Positions 60,290-64,000 of a stretch of DNA of 64,000 nucleotides are shown here, one piece after another; position 1 is the stretch's first letter, and each line of letters opens with the position of its first letter. Both the position numbers and the translations under genes were made by a program. Source of the stretch: a virus; IMG/VR virus record IMGVR_UViG_3300027754_003435; one strand, written 5' to 3'. Below the pieces are notes generated by a model. That model saw nothing but the letters and a program-made list of their open reading frames with translations, searched no databases and was not told the origin of the DNA.

Positions 60290-60321
60290 CAAATATAAGC
60301 AAAAAGATAAATATTAACAAA
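60290..60321 (-). promoter_or_regulatory. Bacteroidota-type sigma70 promoter
   Basis: Minus strand TTTG (60321-60318), 20-nt spacer, TATATTTG (60297-60290). Confidence 0.75.
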
Positions 60322-60479
60322 TCAAATTTTTCCTAATAATTTTATCTCTAGTAGTATATACTATATAATCTAGTATATAATATTAATATATAATAATTAA
60401 CACTTTTCTCTGTGTTCACACCTTTCCCGTGTTCACTGGCAATATACAAAAAAAATGAATACAAAACAAGAACTTTTTT

Positions 60480-61139
60480 TCACCAAGTCAAAATATTTGG
60501 ATATTTTCTCATATTTTTTACTGCTGACTGAACATAAAGATATTCAGAGTTCTGATAAAGGAAGGTAGAACCACCGCCATCACAATTAATTGCATCTTTA
60601 CAACCAAGTTCCAATAATCGTTTCGGCATATCAACGATTCGTATGGAAGAGTTAATGTAGATAAAAACACTATCAGGGTGATGACTACCAAATACAGTTC
60701 TAGGACGTTTGGTGAGTGTAAACTTGTTGTTTGGTATCTTTTGTGGTATACTATCCTTAACAATCAATGGTGTCCCCGTAACGATGTATTTTGACCATAT
60801 AGCTGGTACATCAGTATAGCGATTAAAGTGTAAATGTGGTTTCAAATTAGGAACGCCTAACTGATTTGAATAATCGATTGATACAAACGGCCATAGTAGT
60901 GGATTGTTTGGATTAAACCTAACAGAATCTTTATACGGAGGAACAAAAGTTTTAGTTGTAAAAAAAGATAGGTTAATCATATTTTTTACTTTATATTTGT
61001 AAACAAACCAGGAAGGATGTTTTAATCCAGCGTTAGATAATAACCTAACCTTATTCAAAGGAAGTTTAATTATCCATTCTTTTGAATAAGCGGTACTAAG
61101 TGATAATATCACTAATAATATTTTTATTATCTCTTTCAT
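60480..61139 (-). CDS. Phosphodiester glycosidase (NAGPA-like) family protein
   Basis: RPRTVFG, LLELGCKDAINCDGGGST; signal peptide. Confidence 0.8.
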   Translation of the reverse strand: MKEIIKILLVILSLSTAYSKEWIIKLPLNKVRLLSNAGLKHPSWFVYKYKVKNMINLSFFTTKTFVPPYKDSVRFNPNNPLLWPFVSIDYSNQLGVPNLKPHLHFNRYTDVPAIWSKYIVTGTPLIVKDSIPQKIPNNKFTLTKRPRTVFGSHHPDSVFIYINSSIRIVDMPKRLLELGCKDAINCDGGGSTFLYQNSEYLYVQSAVKNMRKYPNILTW

Positions 61140-61174
61140 TTTTATAAGTATGATTCAAAAAAATAAAAATATTA

Positions 61175-61206
61175 TTTGGAATAGATTGAACCATTTTGTA
61201 TATTTG
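61175..61206 (+). promoter_or_regulatory. Bacteroidota-type sigma70 early promoter
   Basis: TTTG-N20-TATATTTG. Confidence 0.8.
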
Positions 61207-61243
61207 TACATGATTATTAACAACAATTATTTAAGGATTATTT

Positions 61244-61453
61244 ATGGCTTACTACCTCGCTAAAGTACAGTTTGAAATTACTAGCGATAATGGTAAAGTG
61301 AGAAGAAATTCTCGCAGTTACATGGTGAATGCAGTATCTATTACTGATGCAGAAGTTCAACTAACCAAATACTTGTCAGCAAGTGTTGAACCGTTTGAAG
61401 TTAAAACTATTTCAGAATCAAAAATTGTGGATTACATCAATGAACAAGAATGA
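61244..61453 (+). CDS. DUF4494-like small protein
   Basis: YYLAKVQFE...NGKV...YMVNAVSITDAE...FEVKTISESKI. Confidence 0.75.
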   Translation: MAYYLAKVQFEITSDNGKVRRNSRSYMVNAVSITDAEVQLTKYLSASVEPFEVKTISESKIVDYINEQE

Positions 61454-61859
61454 TTTCAAAAAAATGTTAAATGAGTTTGAAGAAGAATTTATTAAAGTGA
61501 ACAATTCAGAAAACTTACAGCAGTTGAAAGAGAATTATATTAAATTAGAATTAGTACGTGAAAACATATTTGATTCTTTATTTGAGAAAGTTCAAGACAC
61601 AGAAGAACGTGGAGAATTTCTAAAAATATTTTCCAAGTTTGAATATGAAATACCATATCAGATTCCTTTGTTTAGTGATGATGATATGGATCAGGTTGAC
61701 CAATTGTTTGAAGATTACAATGGTTACTTCCAAAGATTTGCATGCTTAAACGCTGAACAAATTATTTCATGGAGTGATACCGAAGTTCTTTTTGATGATG
61801 AGTTCGGCAACATTGATATAGTAACTCGACCCGATACTCTGGTGGGAAAAGCAGAATAA
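61440..61859 (+). CDS. Acidic hypothetical protein
   Basis: Likely start ATG 61440, overlapping the previous stop. Confidence 0.6.
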   Translation: MNKNDFKKMLNEFEEEFIKVNNSENLQQLKENYIKLELVRENIFDSLFEKVQDTEERGEFLKIFSKFEYEIPYQIPLFSDDDMDQVDQLFEDYNGYFQRFACLNAEQIISWSDTEVLFDDEFGNIDIVTRPDTLVGKAE

Positions 61860-61871
61860 CCTTAATAAAAT

Positions 61872-61899
61872 AAAGTCCAACAGATTGTTGGACTTTTTT
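61872..61899 (+). terminator. Intrinsic terminator
   Basis: AAAGTCCAACA-GAT-TGTTGGACTTT followed by Ts. Confidence 0.85.
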
Positions 61900-61902
61900 G
61901 TT

Positions 61903-61934
61903 TTTGGTTGTTATTAGAAAAAAACGTATATTTG
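61903..61934 (+). promoter_or_regulatory. Bacteroidota-type sigma70 early promoter
   Basis: TTTG-N20-TATATTTG. Confidence 0.8.
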
Positions 61935-61964
61935 TGTGTTAGGGATTTTCAAATGAAATAAAAA

Positions 61965-62381
61965 ATGGAGCTTAAAAATATGAGTACGAGTATGAAAAAA
62001 TTAGCGTGTGAAGGAAACAATCCATTAAGTAAATATTATCACACAGATCCATGCGATCAATACGTTAAAGTTGCTGATAACGTAGTTAAGGTTATTTGTT
62101 GGAAATGTACTTCCAAAGGAATTCCAGCACCAACTAATGTAAACAAATCAAATGCAGCAAGTGGGTTTCTTCGTGGTTGGAAGTTTATGAAAGAATTTGT
62201 ACATCAGAACGGAACTGTTTATCATAAGGGAGTAGAGCAACCAAGTCTACGTGGTACACTTGAACCAACGCCATTCAAAACTTCTAAGTCACGTAAAGTA
62301 AAACCTACGTTGGATGATAAAATTCAAGAAGAGTACAACAAGAAATTAAAAAATAAAAAATCTAAATCTAAAAAATCATAA
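61965..62381 (+). CDS. Hypothetical protein (CWKC motif, basic C-terminus)
   Basis: ORF track. Confidence 0.65.
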   Translation: MELKNMSTSMKKLACEGNNPLSKYYHTDPCDQYVKVADNVVKVICWKCTSKGIPAPTNVNKSNAASGFLRGWKFMKEFVHQNGTVYHKGVEQPSLRGTLEPTPFKTSKSRKVKPTLDDKIQEEYNKKLKNKKSKSKKS

Positions 62382-62392
62382 GGGGTATTGTT

Positions 62393-62605
62393 ATGAACAT
62401 CTGGCTAACGGTGAAAGAGTTATCCACCGAACTCGAATGTTCCGAACAATATGTTCGGTACTTGATAGTAGGTAGAACCCGTAAATATGGTGATATAACC
62501 CGCAAGGAATCACCTAAGATAGACGAAAGATATATGAGAGTTATAAGGAATGGCAGACGGATTAAATACTTAATACACAGTTCTATATTGGAAAAATTAA
62601 AATGA
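62393..62605 (+). CDS. Small HTH DNA-binding protein (excisionase/MerR-like HTH)
   Basis: WLTVKELSTELECSEQYVRYLI. Confidence 0.7.
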   Translation: MNIWLTVKELSTELECSEQYVRYLIVGRTRKYGDITRKESPKIDERYMRVIRNGRRIKYLIHSSILEKLK

Positions 62606-62868
62606 AAAAGAAAATTCCAACAAAGCGAAAAAATACAAACGGTATATATGAATATAACGTGTTTGATAATTTATGGGGTTCAAAACATTATCCAACTAAC
62701 TATGAATTTGCAGTAGTTTCGTATGAAGGCGGTTCAGATGAACCATACGTATTTGCAATGGAAAATACTATGGATGCTGCAGAAAAAAGAAAAACATATT
62801 GGACTAAACAAAGTTTCATTAACTACAACATAGAAATCGTTCCAATAGAAGATATTACACAAATATAA
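62602..62868 (+). CDS. Hypothetical protein
   Basis: ATGA overlap with previous gene. Confidence 0.6.
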   Translation: MKKKIPTKRKNTNGIYEYNVFDNLWGSKHYPTNYEFAVVSYEGGSDEPYVFAMENTMDAAEKRKTYWTKQSFINYNIEIVPIEDITQI

Positions 62869-62875
62869 TTTTTAC

Positions 62876-62934
62876 TTTGTTATATCAAATCAATTAGCTA
62901 TCTTTGTATGTAAGATTAACAACAACCAATTAAA
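62876..62934 (+). promoter_or_regulatory. Early promoter cassette copy 1
   Basis: TTTG-N19-TATCTTTG plus conserved TATGTAAGATTAACAACAACCAATTAAA. Confidence 0.85.
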
Positions 62935-62945
62935 GGAAACAAGTT

Positions 62946-63272
62946 ATGAAAAAATACATTTCAACTAAAACAGAGTACATTAGTACAGACGGATGGAGAG
63001 GTTATGTACAACCAATAAATGCAGTAGCCGGTGCAAATGATACTGGTACATGGGATGATTCACCATGCAATTCTAATGTATGTGAAAAAGAAATCAAAGA
63101 ATATCGTTCTATACTCCGCAAGAATAAAATACAAAGTCGTACAATGTCTTGTCAAACTTCAAACGTATTTTGTGTACATACCTATGTTTTGGTTCATCCA
63201 GATGATAGAGCTAAAGCGTTAGAACTTGCTAAGGAACATCATCCAAATACTAAATTATTCTACGCCGTATAA
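62946..63272 (+). CDS. Hypothetical early protein
   Basis: Follows cassette 1; AAGGA RBS. Confidence 0.7.
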   Translation: MKKYISTKTEYISTDGWRGYVQPINAVAGANDTGTWDDSPCNSNVCEKEIKEYRSILRKNKIQSRTMSCQTSNVFCVHTYVLVHPDDRAKALELAKEHHPNTKLFYAV

Positions 63273-63277
63273 AAACA

Positions 63278-63332
63278 TTTGGAATTATCAGATAGTTTCA
63301 CTAGCTTTGTATGTAAGATTAAGAACAACCAA
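63278..63332 (+). promoter_or_regulatory. Early promoter cassette copy 2
   Basis: TTTG-N20-TAGCTTTG; 27/28 nt identical to cassette 1 core. Confidence 0.85.
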
Positions 63333-63345
63333 CAAGGATACGGAC

Positions 63346-63576
63346 ATGACGTTAGATAATTTATTGAGAGGAAAAAATTCTGGTGTTTTCAAGAATAATA
63401 ATGGCGAATATTGTCAAATTATTAGATATTATGTTGGTAATAACAAAAAGTTTCAAATAATCTTTTCTAAAAGTTTGACTGATATTGCAAAACGTAATGC
63501 TATTATCACAACTTCTGAAAAAAGGGTATTAAAGCTAATTAAAAACGAAGAGTTTATTTTGGAAGAAATAAAATAA
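63346..63576 (+). CDS. Hypothetical early protein
   Basis: Real start ATG 63346 after cassette 2 (the ORF-track start reads through the promoter). Confidence 0.65.
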   Translation: MTLDNLLRGKNSGVFKNNNGEYCQIIRYYVGNNKKFQIIFSKSLTDIAKRNAIITTSEKRVLKLIKNEEFILEEIK

Positions 63577-63579
63577 TAC

Positions 63580-63638
63580 TTTGGTATTTCTAATAAATAC
63601 ACTAGCTTTGTATGTAAGATTAACAACAACCAATTAAA
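63580..63638 (+). promoter_or_regulatory. Early promoter cassette copy 3
   Basis: TTTG-N19-TAGCTTTG; 33 nt (63606-63638) identical to 62902-62934. Confidence 0.85.
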
Positions 63639-63665
63639 CAACCAACAAATTAGGAAAAAATAATT

Positions 63666-64000
63666 ATGAATACGATTCAACAAACAATTGAAAATGCTCC
63701 ATCATTTCGTCCAGAAAATCTGATTATATCAGATGTTAAATGGAAATATTTAGTACGTTCCGTGTTACGTGGCAACAACCTTATGATTACGGGACCTGCT
63801 GGCTGTGGTAAAACACTTGCAGTTTCAACTGTTGCTAAAGCTATGGCAAGACCGTTCTTTTACTTCAACTTAGGTGCTACACAAGATCCGCGTTCTTCTC
63901 TTATCGGTAATACACACTTTAACAAAGATACTGGTACTTACTTCGCTGATTCTACTTTTGTTCGTGCTATTCAAACAGAAGGTGCGGTAATTTTATTAGA
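63666..64000 (+). CDS. MoxR/CbbQ/NirQ-type AAA+ ATPase (partial, runs off the right edge; not in the ORF track)
   Basis: Manual translation: MITGPAGCGKT...FFYFNLGATQDPRSSLIGNTHF...FVRAIQTEGAVILL. Confidence 0.9.
   Translation, partial: MNTIQQTIENAPSFRPENLIISDVKWKYLVRSVLRGNNLMITGPAGCGKTLAVSTVAKAMARPFFYFNLGATQDPRSSLIGNTHFNKDTGTYFADSTFVRAIQTEGAVILL

Noticed and set aside
377-60763. Plus-strand ORFs overlapping the minus-strand genes (e.g. 873-1325, 30743-31087, 46451-47164, 47844-48365) and small alternative-frame ORFs
   Set aside because: Antisense or frame shadows of real genes, often of repeats; no motifs, RBS or promoters
62876-63660. Repeats as a CRISPR array
   Set aside because: Spacing is 300-400 nt with intact ORFs between, the repeats are promoters, and there are no cas genes
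1-64000. Stop-codon reassignment as in some Bacteroidota phages
   Set aside because: Genes are full length in code 11, and TAG (e.g. 2777) and TGA both end genes at tight operon junctions
1-64000. Prophage, integrase, transposon, intron or intein
   Set aside because: No recombinase or transposase motifs, no host genes; terminase, SbcCD, primase and ThyX are uninterrupted
1-64000. tRNA, rRNA or large ncRNA genes
   Set aside because: Intergenic gaps are short and AT-rich; no T-loop/cloverleaf pattern recognised by eye (tRNAscan-SE/Infernal not run)

Overview
The window is part of a very AT-rich, large T4-like (contractile-tail) phage genome. No host genes, tRNAs, integrase or CRISPR array were seen. 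Positions 1-61139 are almost all minus-strand. They carry a partial portal, the large terminase, head-cargo-like proteins, a tail-fibre/RCC1/glycosyltransferase/methyltransferase module, an Mre11-Rad50 fusion with primase and endonuclease, a block of paralogous virion proteins, baseplate and spike genes, a gp55-like sigma factor, ClpP, UvsE and ThyX. From 61244 the genes switch to the plus strand: small early genes, several behind a Bacteroidota-type promoter (TTTG-N19/20-TAnnTTTG). The main leads are: (1) a three-enzyme polyvalent protein whose ADP-ribosyltransferase-like domain is bracketed in frame by a 33-nt direct repeat with a 14-bp palindromic core, which recurs 38 kb away at an insertion point in a CHAP-type hydrolase; (2) I/L-x-E propeptide-like leaders suggesting protease-processed, injected head cargo; (3) a sense-strand TATTTAT(A/T) late-promoter candidate that is the reverse complement of the T4 late box; (4) strong [ST]-G-S enrichment in fibre and virion proteins next to a glycosyltransferase; (5) 13-nt inverted repeats linking the 5' leader and the terminator loop of a lytic-transglycosylase-like gene. 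All family assignments come from motif recognition by eye, not database searches.
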